Shown here one piece after another: positions 25,933 to 39,083 of a DNA stretch of 64,000 nt. Both the position numbers and the translations under genes were made by a program. The notes beneath the pieces were generated by a model. That model worked only from the letters and a program-made list of their open reading frames with translations, searched no databases and was not told the DNA's origin. The stretch's first letter is position 1. Each line of letters starts with the position of its first letter. This stretch comes from Lytechinus pictus. Its lineage: Eukaryota. The stretch lies in NCBI RefSeq assembly GCF_037042905.1, contig NC_087246.1, positions 51,026,001-51,090,000 on the forward strand, read 5' to 3'.

Positions 25933-28900
25933 TCACACGGTGTAGATGTAACCGCCGGTTTCCGGACTGGTATCTGTCGCCGGGTTGAAGGATCCATACA
26001 ACCGGCAAGCGCCAGTGACCTTTGACCAGGTGAACGCCTTGCAAATCGCGTTGGCTTCTTGTGCGCATGCGCTCGCGCAGTTGAAGGTGGTACGGGTGAA
26101 ATATTCCTGATCGGGTTCCTGTGTAATCCTATTACCCTTGGAGGAGAAGCTGAATGATGACGATCGGTATACATCATGACAAGCTGGGTACGATAAAAAA
26201 AAAGGGGGGACACAACATTAAAGGGATGGTCCAGTCTGGAAATATTTATATATCAATAAATAAAGTAACATTCACAGAGCAAAATGCTGAAAATTTGATC
26301 AAAATCGGATAACAAATAACAGAGATATTGAATTTTTAAGATTTGCATTATTCCGGTAAAACAGTTCCTGGCATGTCTTTGTGAATTTTCATTAGGTGGG
26401 CTGATGATGTCATATCTCCACTTGTTCTTTTGTATTTTATTATTTGAAATTAGGTTTATTCAATTTTTTTCTACCAAGAGCTAAAACAATTGGATTGACA
26501 ACTGATTAAGTGCATTAGTTATTTATTGCTGCAACTTATTTCATCATAATGGAGACACATCATTTACACATGTATGAAAAAATGAAACATTAATGCTTTC
26601 ATGTAATAACATAAGAAAAAGGAAAGTGGGAATGTGACATCATCGGCCACCTAATGAATATTCATGACGATGTGCATATATCTGTTTTCACAAAATATTG
26701 ATAAACTTTAAAATTCAATAACTTCCTTACTTGTTATCCGATTTTGATGATTTTTTCAGTATTTTGCTATGTGAATTTTACTCTATTCATTTAGACATAA
26801 ATATTTTCAGCACGGACCATCCCTTTAATATATCAAAATGCATGTACAAACAAATACAACTGTTGGTACACTTAACAGAAAAATTAATGTAATTCAATAT
26901 CATATTTCATATTCATCTGTGAAGTGCATGATAGACTATACTTTTTCTCAGTATGGCAAAAGCTATTATAGGGGACAATTATATATCTATCATCAGCTTA
27001 CTAGCTTTTCTTGGTGACAACATTAAATACATATTTTCATAACAAAGAAAACTGTATGATCGAATGTGATGGAAAAAAATGGCCGACGAATTATGACTTT
27101 TCGAATTACAAGGCTCGTAATATTCACATTTCGTCTCATTGTTAACTGGCTAATGCATGACATGGCTTCTCCAGAAAGAATAATTACAATATTGTTGGAG
27201 AGAAAATAAAAATAAAACATTGGAAACACCTAGTGGGTTATTAATGTTACACCTGAAGTTGGGAAAGGTGCAAAAATGCACCTCTTTGTTATAACTTTGC
27301 ACGCGAAAAAAAGTTTTTAGGGCGCATAATGTAGCTAGCTGCACCAAAAAAGGTCACTATTTTCTTTTCTTTTTTTCTCTCTCACCTTTTTCAATGTTTT
27401 TGTATATTAAAAGCGCTATTTTTAAATATGAAATAATAATGGGAACTTTAATCTACAAGTCTGACTTCCCAGCAGTCCACTCGATCCAAGCTGTTATATA
27501 AACTGCCTATTGTCAGTGGCGTAACAGGCGGGGGGAGGCAGGGGGAAGAATGCCCCCCTGGCGGAGCTCACCGGGAAAATGAAAAAATATATATTTATAA
27601 AAAACGGAGGAAAAAGAAAAGAGAGAAGAAAGAAAGAATTCTAAAGAAAGAAAAAAGGGTAAGGAAAAGACAAGGAAGAAAAAGAGGAAAGAGAAAAAGA
27701 AGAAAAAGTGAAAGGGAAAAGGGGAGAAGAAAAGTGAAAGAACATAAAGAGAAGAAAGGTAAAACGGAAGAAAATAAGAACAAAATGAGTCAGGCGCGTA
27801 GCCAGGGGGGCGGTGGGGGCGGTAGCCCCCCAAAAAGAAAAAAAGAAGGGAAAAAAGAGAGGAGAAAAGGAAAAGCGAAGGAAGGAAAGGGAAGAAAGGT
27901 AGCTTTGTGGGTTTTTCCTTTTATTCTTTTTTTTCTCAAAAAAGAAACTCCTTCACTCTTGCTCTTAATTTATGTATATGAATTTTGCTTCCGCGCTGCG
28001 CGCGGTTAAATGACAATATTGCAGTTCTCCTTTGTTTTCCTCACCCTTTCTCTAACCCTGTTTTTCCACCTCAGCTATATGTGTTTCTTGCCAGTTAAAG
28101 TTCAAATATATATATTTAGGGCATGAAATTAGAGTAAGGATAGACCGAAGTATATAAAATTATGGTCGGGTCGGCTCCGGGCGGGTAAAATTATTTTATC
28201 AATTTCTGCCGTCATCTCCATATAGGCAACTTCTCCCGCTTTTCAGCTCATTATACTAAACAACCATAATTTGGGGGCAAACAAGTTCCTAATTTAAAAA
28301 GAGGAAGGTATAAAACTCGTGTCGTATTAAATAAAAAAAGTACAATACTTTTTATCAAATTCTACTAAACTTCATGTCATTTCCCTACACATTTATCTCC
28401 TGTCCTGTTTTGCGCCCTCAGTTTGAAATTTTGAATGACACTTAAATTTCTTTATCATTCAAAATGAAGCGCATCAGGATAAGTCAAAGAAATTATACAT
28501 CATCCTGTTTTATATAATTTAAATAAATCACAGAAGTTTCAACTTTTTGCGCACCATTTTCCTTGCAATGAAGTTCAATAGTCTTAGAGGGAAAACAATT
28601 GACGAAACGTCCGCCCTTTGAAATTTCAGAGTTTCATTGCTAAGCGCAGGGAGGAATATCTTCCTCCCGGCATATATCCTTCTTCTCCTCTGCACTGTCG
28701 CTAAATATTGTTTGTAATCAAATCTGATCTTTCCAAGGGAAGTATTCAATGCTGATAACTTAGAGAATACCCTTTTCTCGGGACCCCTTCTTTAAAAAAA
28801 ATGATAAAACGCTTTGGCTTCCGCGCTTTGCGCAGGGTCAATACATTTTTTTTTTTTCCTCCATTTTATCCCTTTTTTGTGCGTTCACAATCACTTTTGA

Positions 28901-31900
28901 AAACAAGGTTCAAAATCACAATATAGTCAACTGAATTGGGGCTAATATAGGTACTAGAGACAAGAGAAACGGCTCCTTTCCATTTTGATTTATGAAACAC
29001 CGAAAGCTTCGCGCGGGAGGGGGAAACTCCCCCTCCCTGCACCCACCCCCTAGGGAGCGCGCTTCGCGCGCTCTTTAAGTGTTGGCACGCTTCGCGTGCA
29101 TTTACCGCCCCTCCAAAATGAAATCCTGGCTACGCGGTTGTAATGAGTAAGCACCTAATCATCCCGAAATACTAACAAATGGGTGAGAAAGAGAAAAAAT
29201 AATCATTAAAAGATGGCAAAATGGAGCGGGAATTTATTGCGGGAAAGGGAAAGAAAGAGGCAAAAAGAAACGGCAAAACGAGGTAGAATGGAATGAGGTA
29301 AAATTATAAGGGAAGAGCTAAACTGCATGCTCGCTCGGCACCTTTTAGAAAATATTCCTTCATTTCCCATATTAAATGTTGTGCCCAATCAAAATATTTG
29401 GTTTGTTACGCCACCGCGTTGAAATAATGTGTTTTGTAAAACATGATATCCGTGATTTGATTGAAAATAGCGGCCACCCTTCAAGGTTTAATGTGGCTAA
29501 ATCTCGAGAGGTTCCTGGGCTCCGCCCCTGGACACCACCCACATGGCACTGGCGTACAAAATAATGGAAGGGTTTGGTGGTATAGCCCCCAAAAGTTCTA
29601 CGACCAAGAACAAAAAGGAAAAGGAGAACAGAAATAAAAAGATCGGAAAGTGTAAGATATGATGTTATGTTTTTTTAATCTGTCAAAATATATCACTAAG
29701 TAAAATTGTAATGATTTTTTTTTAATTCTCGCTCGCTTCGCTCGCTCGGTAATTTTATTAAGAAACTTTTGCCACACGCGCCATGATGTACCCCTCATTT
29801 CTTTTACTCATCACTCTAGCCACTCCGGCATAGAGCTTCGCGCCAACAATCATGAAAAATCCTGTTCATATCGTGATATGACCGGGAAATTTTGGGCTCT
29901 TGCCCCCTCCCCGGCCACCGACCCCTGTTACGCCCCTGCCTATTGTACATTACGAACTCATTGTTTAATTCATTTTAATGTCTTACATTATTTTACAATG
30001 CATACGATCTCACTAGGATTATTTTTTTGGGGGGGATCTGGAAATGAATTAAATGAAATATAATATGCACCATCATGTTATTTGCACCAATATTATGCAT
30101 AGTATAGATGGACATAATTGCGCTCATTGGCAACCCTTTGGGTGCGGGTATTGTACACCTTCGGTTTAATTTGAATCCCAATTTCTTTGTATGTGTGCAT
30201 TGGAAATGGAGATAAACAAGTGGAATAAAAGCACTTACCGTTATCTCCCGTGAACATGGAATCGTAGTCGATACAACGTAGTCGTTTGAATCCCTGGGCA
30301 CCAACTGACGACCCTGCAGTCTCAGCACAGAAGGAGTTCACGAGAGCAAAGTATGAGGCACTGAGATCAGAGACCATGATCTCATAGGTTGCGTCCATTA
30401 CCAAATCGTAATATAGGGCACAACTTCCGTTGTGCTGTTTTGATTCATACATAGGCTCAAGTTGTGGTTGTCTGGTATCATTCCATACCCTGATGACATT
30501 GAACACTCCATTAAATTCACAGGACGTTACGACCGTGATGAAGCCCGACGAGACGCCGTAAGTTGTGGCGTCTGGGACATAGATGTAAGTGTCGCCACTG
30601 ATGTATTGCTCCTCGGGAGGAATAGTTACCATGGCAGCGTTCACTGTTTTCAAGGCAACGACTTGGATCGGTTTATTGCTTGTGAGACGCGCCAGAGAGA
30701 GGTTTGTGCATTCTACGACAGTTTCTCCCTCGTCGAGAAGCGCAGTGATCACGGTGTCCAAGTTCATGGTGACGGTGGTGCCGTTTCTTCCTGCGACAAT
30801 CATGACGCAGAAGTCCTCGTCGTCTCCCGGAAACGAAGGAACGTTGAATACTGTACCCCAGCGATCAAACGGGGTCAGTTGCTCTATGACAGCGTCGCAA
30901 TCTTGATCCCAGTGTTCGTGTCCGGGTGAGAAGGCACAAGGTGTCCCACAAACCACAGACACTGGATGATCAGCCAGGAGGCGGGATCCACTGAAATCAT
31001 TCGTAAGTATCTTGATCAAAATATTCTTCCACGGTTCCAGGCAGAATTCTTTCTCATCCCCGCGATCGTAGTTTCCTCCGTTATAAACTTGAGCCCGGCC
31101 ATTGAATCGTATGTTCACTCGAGTTGAAGAGTTCATTGACGAGATGGTGGCATACCCGGGGGTCTGGCCGGTCATCGTAACGAGGAAGTACTCCTGTCCC
31201 AAATATTCTTCTGGAATTACACTGAAAGTTCCGTAGGAATCAACAGTTCTCTGAAATATCGGAAGGGTTCGATTGATATGAGATTTATAACGAGTATTTA
31301 CTTCCTTAAACTCAACACCGTAACCACCACCACCGTCATCAACAACAACCACATCAACATGGATGACGCTACAGGGGGCAGGGGTGACTGTCCGTATGAT
31401 TCTCCTCGAGGAATATATACAGAATGAGGAAGAGAGAAATGGAAGAAGAATAAAGAGAGGTCTGAGTGTGTCAAATAACTCATTGCCCCTGTTATTTATC
31501 TGAAAAAATGATGACGTTACCTTTGAAGTCATCATTTTCCCGCTGTCAAAATATTGAAGAATATATATCCATGACCATAAAAAAGATGCAACAGGAGAAA
31601 ACCAATATTTGTGTCCTTTTTATAACCTTAAAGTTTAATTCAATCTCAAGTAATTACGTCTTACACACTTTTTGTATATGAATTATAAATGAGTCATTAG
31701 TAATAGCTAGTCTGACTATCTAAATGTTTTCTTATAATTATGTGTTTTCTCATTTTAAAGGTGTGGCAACGTCTCATGCATAATTATGCTTACATTGCCA
31801 TACCTCTGTATGTCTGCCTCTGACATACAATCATTTGTGTAAATGAACATGTACCTCTTTTCATGTAAAAAAATATTAAATTTACTGTTGTAATGGTCAC

Positions 31901-33686
31901 ATTGTGTATATTGTCACGACATATGCAGGCACAAACAAACAAACGAATAAATAAATAAATAATATAATACAAACAAGACAATATGGAACCCCCCCCCCCT
32001 TCAAATTACAAAATTAATCTAAGACTTTAGTCTAGACTCACCGGCGAAGGAACACCGTTGAATGCATGTATCATGGAGTCCGCCTCAGTTTTGATATGAA
32101 ATACATCTTCGAGTGCATTCTTTGGAGGTACACCATGTGTATTTGGTATGGGAACCTCTACAAAGGCCAATCCTGATGCTATATTATGAAAGGGAAGGAA
32201 AAGATCCAAGCTTTGAAGGCAAGAGTCCAGCTCAAGGGGAGGGACATGTACACCAGCTATATAGGACCCTATAACACAAAGGTTTTCGATTGATCGCTAA
32301 ATGAAACAGCCTATCAAGATCATCGTTGCATGCACACTTGCTCGAGTAGACTGTCTAGGAACCAATCAGAATTGTTCTTTCAAATACGGGGTTCTGATAA
32401 CCATTCTGGAACATATTTCTCAGGAGTTTGTCATTTATAGTGTTAAAGAATTAGTAATATTTTTGCGCGGACTTCGAATATAAACGCAAATTAACTTTAC
32501 TGCCTATAATGAAGGGGGGGGGGTGCAAGAAGCCAAGAATACATTTAAGGTTCGAATTTTTCAGTAAAGCACAAAGTCTTGTGATCGTTTCCAACAATTA
32601 AATGATTACTGGTCTTCTTGTTGCAAGAGAAAGTATAATTTAATCTTGTTTGATTGCAATTTGGAATTGGAATTTGAAAATATATCACCAACAAATTCTT
32701 CGCCGCACATCTTAGAAAAACTTGAGAGATGGCTCGGAGAGAAGGGATCCGTCTCCGTCTTTCTGAATATTACTTAAGATGTTTCACAACACTTCAGATA
32801 GGAACAAAATTGAAGACCAATATTTAATAACTGAATACTAAAAAAAAACCAACAACGTTTGACCCCGTTTCGTTATTCAGGACTTTCGCATTTACTACGG
32901 AAACACTCTCTGCAACGCACCAATTCCTTTGAAAATGCAAGTCAAGTCACAATAGTGAGCTGAGAGGCTTTTGTCGAAAGTTGGTGGACCGGGACAGCAT
33001 CGGAATCTCTTGACTCTGGACAACGACATATTTGCAATTGTTCGTCTGGTGCAAACCTGCGGATGATCAGCTGTCCCAGTCAAATTTCAACAAAAGCTTC
33101 TCAGATCTCCTTTGTGATGTTAATTGCATTTTCAAAGGAATTATTGACGCGTTGTAGATTGTTTCCCCGTAGTAAATGCGAAAACTTCCCATTTAATTTG
33201 GTTAGAACTGTCTATAGTAACACCCACACTGCTGTAGATTAATACTTACGATTGAGTATATCCACCTGCGGCTGTGTTAGATTTCTTGACTGTATCTGGA
33301 AGCCAAAATCCCCTTGAGATTGTAGATCGCGACCGTTTGGAATATAACCAAACACAAAACGGGAAGAGAAGAAAGATGAATTGGCATTTTCTCCAACTAA
33401 ATGAAAGAGAATGAAGACAGAAGAAAATCATTGGAGACTAAAATTTGGAAAACCAACGAGAATGAAATAACCGAACTAATATTGAACAGGAAAGAAGCAA
33501 ACTGATATTGCTAATAAAGTATACAAAATCATTCAGATAATAATCTGAAATTGGACTAGACTAATAGTGAATAAGATGGAATCTACCTGCGCAGCTTCTT
33601 CCGTGGGTTGAGTCCAGATACTCGGCAAGAATCAAGAATGCTGCAACAACAATGGCTTTCGATGTAACGGGTGAAAAACTGGCCAT
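25933..33686 (-). CDS. Secreted IgGFc-binding N-terminal-domain + PAN/Apple protein, 548 aa; exons 33686-33587, 33396-33250, 32178-32042, 31250-30239, 26183-25933
   Basis: All introns are GT-AG with matching phases (1,1,0,1); CDS 1647 nt. Exon 1 is signal-peptide-like (MASFSPVTSKAIVVAAFLILAEYLDSTHG). Exons 2-4 carry IgGFc_binding motifs (SRFVFGYIPN, FHIKTEADSMIHAFN, LGQEY, DFSGSRLLADHPVSVVCG, CDAVIEQLTPFDRWG, TSNKPIQV, MVTIPPEEQY). Exon 5 has the PAN pattern CASAC...CKAFTW...GACRLY then a stop. AATAAA on the minus strand at 25802-25797. Confidence 0.82.
26222..26824. mobile_element. Kolobok/T2-type MITE (family A)
   Basis: TTAA|AGGGATGGTCC...GGACCATCCCT|TTAA; about 600 bp with long subterminal inverted arms. 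Confidence 0.85.
27514..29938. mobile_element. Composite non-autonomous hAT element
   Basis: TIR CAGTGGCGTAACAGG/CCTGTTACGCCCCTG with a perfect 8-bp TSD CCTATTGT (27506-27513, 29939-29946). Confidence 0.85.
27791..29140. mobile_element. Nested hAT-type element
   Basis: TIR CAGGCGCGTAGCCAGG/CCTGGCTACGCGGTTG; TSD AAATGAGT/TAATGAGT. Confidence 0.75.
32880..33190. mobile_element. Palindromic MITE in intron 2 of the IgGFc/PAN gene
   Basis: TTTTCGCATTTACTACGG ... CCGTAGTAAATGCGAAAA inverted ends; the left arm also occurs at about 12970-13070. Confidence 0.7.
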
Positions 33687-35054
33687 GATATCCGTCAAAG
33701 AAAATTTCCAGAAGATTTATGAATATCATTAGAATAAGATTTGTCTTGCAAGAGAGAGGCTAATTGCCCGATTCTTCTAATAAATGTGACCAAGTCTTGG
33801 CTGCTTTCGAGTACAAAAAAAAAACCTATCGGAAATATAGTTCGGCCGAATACATTCGCAGTAGTTAAGGTGCGGTAAATTCTTATTCTAGTGACTAAAA
33901 ATATGAATGATTCAAGAATATGAGCAGAATCAATTTCCACTGCGCCCATTAAAGAGTGCGTCACTGCTATCTGCGCGGTGATGGTTAGAGATAGAAATTT
34001 ATCAATTTCCAATTAGATCAGACCCACCATGCCCAATCATAATTATTAACCAATAATATCGGGAATAATCTTCAACGTTCGCTGGTAAAGCGTGACCCAA
34101 GTTCATAAACGGTTTTGTCTTTCTTTTCTTCGCGGTCCCGTTACTCGTTGCATTATCAGATTATAATCATTTTGAGTGTCGTTGGAGAGGAATGTATACA
34201 AGTTGATTAGTTATAGTCAATTACAATTAACTGTTACGGGCAATTCAATCACACGTGCATCCTTTGTGAATCCGTCAACTTTGTCAATTGGACAAAGAGC
34301 AATCATTATTATTCTATCAAACTCACTAGTAAAAACATCATTACGTATGCTGGAAAAATGCAGGATATATTCTACTATTTCATTTAAACACACACGAAAA
34401 TTATTTGCTGTCCCATTATGAAGTGTTTGGATCAATATTCATTTCCCCGTCAATAATAAAATCCCAAACAGTAAGGGTTACAGTGACTAGGAGTAGTTTT
34501 GGCTAGCTGTAACATGCGTTTTTCTTCTAACTTTTGGAACAGAATGATGGCTAACAAGAAAACGCATTTCGCTGCGGTCTCTTCCGAATCTGTTCCACGT
34601 TTCTAACGATTTAAAACAGGCCTTATACATGTTCTTTGTCATATTATCGTGCTAGGTCACAGGGATTCACTATCATGCATAAGAAAATGATCACAAGGGG
34701 AGAGTTTCATCAACATTTTTTCCGACAACTTTCCTTGATCGTGATTGGCTGGGAAGCACCATCACTATGGTATTTGTCGGATTAAATGGTTGACAAGTTA
34801 TTTCATGAAACGCCCCCTAGTCGTACGTAAGTCATTCGTGAATAATTACAATCAGTATATAACGATATATACCTCCACATAGCCTATCCAAATTATGATG
34901 TGTACGTATTTGACTGAGTAGAATGAATGATAAATTCATAAATGTGACCACATCACCTACCTTTATATTTAATTTTGAATGTTTTTTTAATTTTAAGAGA
35001 TTCAGTGGAAATTTAATTTATTGCTATCCTTTTTTGATATTATTGATCCTCCAG

Positions 35055-35350
35055 TGCAAGCTACGTGAAAGGACTAGTCAGTCTGACAACTCCTCTAAGT
35101 GAGATCGAACTCTTGAAATTATCTGAAGAGATCAGTCCCAATGACTGGCGAAAGCTCTGCTTCCGACTGGGAATCGATGAACCTACTATAGCCCGAGCAG
35201 AGAGGGAAAACCAGGCCCATTTAGCTGGAGGAATCTACAAGACTTTGACACAATGGAAACAAGATCAGCTGGAGAACGAGGAGAGGGCGGTGTTGCTAGA
35301 AGCTCTTATTTCTTGTGGATTACGACGTCTGGAAGATAGACTAACAAGAG
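35055..35350 (+). CDS. NLR gene: DEATH-domain exon
   Basis: CAG acceptor at 35052-35054; donor G|GT at 35351 (phase 1, matching the next exon). The translation LSEIELLKLSEEISPNDWRKLCFRLGIDEPTIARAE...IYKTLTQWKQ...LLEALISCGL is typical of a death domain. The start exon was not identified. Confidence 0.85.
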
Positions 35351-35643
35351 GTGTTGACTCTCGATAAATTGTCTTGATTTCTTACTTACAAATAAAATAA
35401 CATCCATCATTCTGATAGTTTGATAATGACATAATTATTTAAGATTTAGTGAAGATGCTAAGATAAGTATAGACCTGGGTCTTGATACAAACAGGCATTT
35501 CAGGAGAAACTTGCATAATATTATACATAAGAGATGATCTAAATAAAAATTGGCCATCATGTCATGTACTATATCCGAGATTTTGCGAGCTATAAGCTTT
35601 GTTGATTTCACAAAACAGATTACCTTCTTTTCGTGTCTCATAG

Positions 35644-38371
35644 GTTTCCCAAAGCGCATCGGGAGTGTACATGCACAGGGACCTTTCTGCTCCACCCTCA
35701 ACGTAGCCCAATGCCGCAAGGAACTTATGAACAACTACCGGACATCGCTTTGTATGATCCTACTAGTTCCCTGGGATCCTAACTCTCACGTAGACATGAG
35801 CACCATTTTCACCAATGTCTGCCTTGTCACGGCAGACACATCTACTGCCAATAAACAATGGATCCTTCTGCCAGGTTCCTACAATGATATCCTGAAGGTT
35901 AAGGTCAACAATGCTAAACCTCTGCGGATTCTCATCGAGGGAAAGGCTGGGAGTGGGAAGACCACCTTAATGTCTAAGCTTGCCTATGACTGGATGGAGG
36001 AGTCGACAGACTCACCTCTCAAAGATGTCCCTCTCGTGTTTTGTCTTCAACTCCGTCTTCTCAACCAGGACGATGACTTCGGGGAGGCTGTAGTTCAGAA
36101 CCTGCTCCCCGAGGATACTCTCATCACTCCACAGCAGATAGAAGAGTATTCTCAGGCTAACCCAGATAAGGTGGTACTTGTTCTTGATGGATATGATGAG
36201 TTCATGTCAGACATTCAGGGTATCAAGGGCCTCGGGAACATCCTTAGAATCATCGAGAACAAGCGACTGACTGGATGTACGGTCATTGTAACGTCCAGAC
36301 CATGGAAGGCTACAGATTTCAAAGACCATCATCTTGCCAAGCACTATGCTCATATGACCGTTGAGGGCTTCTCTGATGATAGCACCAAAGTCTTCATTCG
36401 TAAGTACTTTCAAGACAACCTACAGCTTTCAGACAGCCTTTTGGCTTATCTTAAGGATAACCCTGCCATCCAGACAGTAACACCATTCCCTCTCTTCTGT
36501 GCTATGCTCTGCCAAGTATGGAAAGAAGAAAGAGATGCTCATAGAGAGGCAATGAAAGATATTGTTACACTCAGCAAGCTCTTCGATCATATCTTGAGAT
36601 ATCTCTGGGCTCACCACAACCAGAAGCACCTAACTGGACAATCTTCATCAAGGAAAGGTCAGGAATTGTCAAAGAGAATGACTCTTACTCGCAAGAGGGG
36701 AACTTCCGCTCATATAAAGATGGATATAGGCGTTTGTCTCAAGAAGATCGGGAAGATTGCTCTTGAAGGACTCATTAGTCCCGATAAGAAGCTCCAATTC
36801 AGTGAATATGACTTCAAGAAATGCCCCGATGTCCTCAAGGTAGCATGTTCTGTTGGGCTTCTTATCCGTCAGAAGAGTAACCCAACAAGTTCACGAAGAT
36901 TATCAAGACAAGATTCCATTCCTCATCACGGGATCACTTTCTTCCATAAACTGGCTCAAGAAAAGTGTGCTGGAATTTACCTGTCTTCCATGTGCACAAA
37001 GCAACCGAAGAAATTCGTGCAAACCCTCAAAGATGTCTACATATTGACCAGAGCAGACGAGTTCCGATATGTCCTGCAATTTGCCTGCGGTGAAGACCTT
37101 TACACCGCAAAGAAGATCCTCCGACACATGCCGAATATCACGCCTTATCAAAAGTTGGCATTAGAGTGCAACTTTGAGAGTCAGTCTAAGATCAAGTCAA
37201 ACAAGAGACTATCGAAGTTCTTTGTGACACAACGACTGTTCATGACCGGAAGACCGTCTGTCTACTCATTCAACGCCCTTGAATACTATATGAATAACTG
37301 TGAGATTCTCAGTCCGGAAGATGCTCCAGTCGCCTTCACATACTTTTCCACCGATGGCGTTGGGCCAGCCCAGCTTGGTAAGGTCACCAGCATCTTGAAC
37401 CAACCTCAACTGCAGTTTTTAATCCAGTTTAACATGGAACAGTCAAGAATCGAAGGCCCTGATGTCAAAGGCTTCATTGACTCACTCTCCCAGAAAGAGT
37501 TCATTGGTGTCCTAATGATGTCTTCAAACGTTGCTGGTCAACAGTTTGTGGAAAGTCTTCTTGAAATCCCTAAAGATGGCCTTAAATCAATGGTCATGAT
37601 GTACCTGCCAGTGCTCGATTCCAGGTGGGCCACCGATATCCTGAAGAAACTTCCTTCCATCTGCCCTAGAATCGGAGCACTGGAAGCTTCTTTCACACCC
37701 GAAGAGATTGCAGAAAGTGAGGATTCAGATAACCCGGAGGAAGACACAGAAGCTGAGATCTTTCCGTGTGACACAGGAAAATCATCATCAACACAATCAA
37801 TGGAAGGCAGAGATGTTGAATGCTGCTCATTTTCTGAACTCGCCACACTGTCGCTTAAGGGGTGTGTTCTCTGTCAGAAAGGATCAATGCAACTGGCATC
37901 AACCCTGTCGCTGGCGAAAAATCTGGAAAAGCTTCACTTGACGAAGCCATCGTTGCATTGTTCTTTCTACTCTCATCTGACCATCCTTGAATGTCTTCGT
38001 GAGTTCTCAGTAATTGATTACACATTCGGAAAGTTCAATCTAGACAAGTTCCTTGAGAAGTGCCCCATCTTGGAAGACGTCTATGTTGCCGCCATAGAGA
38101 ACCATCCCCACGATGTAAACGGTGTCATGAAGTCCCTTACCAATGCAATAGCTTACACCCCTGTGCTGAGGAGTATCACTCTCTGGTTTCCTGGTGAAGG
38201 TAGTTGCCGAGATGGTAGGATAGAGGATGGGGTCTTCAAGGAGTTCTGTGACGCAATCCTGCGGACCTCTCAACTCTCAAAGCTTCTCCTATGGCACGTT
38301 CCCCTCGGAACAGAACTGGTTATGAAGCTACTGGAAGTATGCAAGCAGCACAGGAATCTTATTACCATCAG
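35644..38371 (+). CDS. NLR gene: large NACHT-WHD-LRR exon
   Basis: Acceptor ctcatag|GT. Walker A GKAGSGKTT, Walker B VVLVLDGYDEF, VIVTSRP, VEGFS, PLFCAMLC, WHD FFHKLAQE, and degenerate LRRs (LATLSLKGC, LEKLHL, LSKLLLWHVPL). Donor AG|gtacat at 38372. Confidence 0.92.
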
Positions 38372-38989
38372 GTACATGTTTAAAACATAATACATTATTT
38401 GTGTCCAAAGTTTATGTTATTAAGCACAATGACTGAAAGAGATGTATCAACAGGTATAATCCATGGGGCACGACAATTTTACGTGATACAATTGTCAAAA
38501 ACAAAGCCTCCAAGCCCAAGGAAGATTTTGTGAAACTGTATGATAAAAAACAACACCACTGATCTCACACACCCTCGTCACAATCTTCTAATTTTTGTCT
38601 GTGTAATTTTATCTTTTTTTAAGATATGATTTTCTAACCCCATACTGGTATGGTTTAAAAATGTAACAGCCATTTTGGTAATTTTTTTGTATATTCGGCC
38701 CAGCCAATTGTTAAGTGATCTTTGTTCAACGTTTGATAATTTTTCGTTTCTTCTTCATTGACAAAGAACTAACATTGAAAATATATACATGTATATACTT
38801 GGTTTGATTGGCGATTATCAAAATGTTGAATATTTTTTAAACGAAAACGACCCCTGTTTATATTTGCTTGCACTTGATCAACTGTAGAAGTCGAACATTC
38901 CTGAAGTGAGTGCTAACCATCTTGATTTCATGTTTGGTAAAATCTTAAACCTTTTTAAAAATAGGTATACTTATAATTCATTTTAACAG

Positions 38990-39083
38990 GCTGAGTCGAT
39001 GTTACACAACGAACTGTGGTCGAATAACTGAGCTATGTGATGAACTGTTTGATATCGGTCGTCGAGTTTACGTTGCTCATGGG
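38990..39083 (+). CDS. Candidate small 3' exon of the NLR
   Basis: ttttaacag acceptor; open only in phase 2, matching the upstream donor (LSRCYTTNCGRITELCDELFDIGRRVYVAHG); gtaagc donor. Confidence 0.45.

Noticed and set aside
27513-28009. Phe-rich and Lys-rich ORFs
   Set aside because: Translations of purine-rich low-complexity sequence inside hAT MITEs.
30462-30929. Antisense ORFs overlapping real exons (also within the NLR, TLR, otopetrin and SLC32 CDSs)
   Set aside because: Shadow ORFs typical of the opposite strand of coding sequence; no recognisable domains.
31251-31535. N-terminal extension of the 480-aa ORF (and its C-terminal tail 30093-30238)
   Set aside because: Better explained as intron read-through: exon 32178-32042 supplies the missing domain motif and splices in phase to 31250, and a GTAAGT donor lies at 30238.
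35550-35643. TTG-initiated start of the 946-aa ORF
   Set aside because: Intronic; the acceptor at 35643 joins the DEATH exon in phase.
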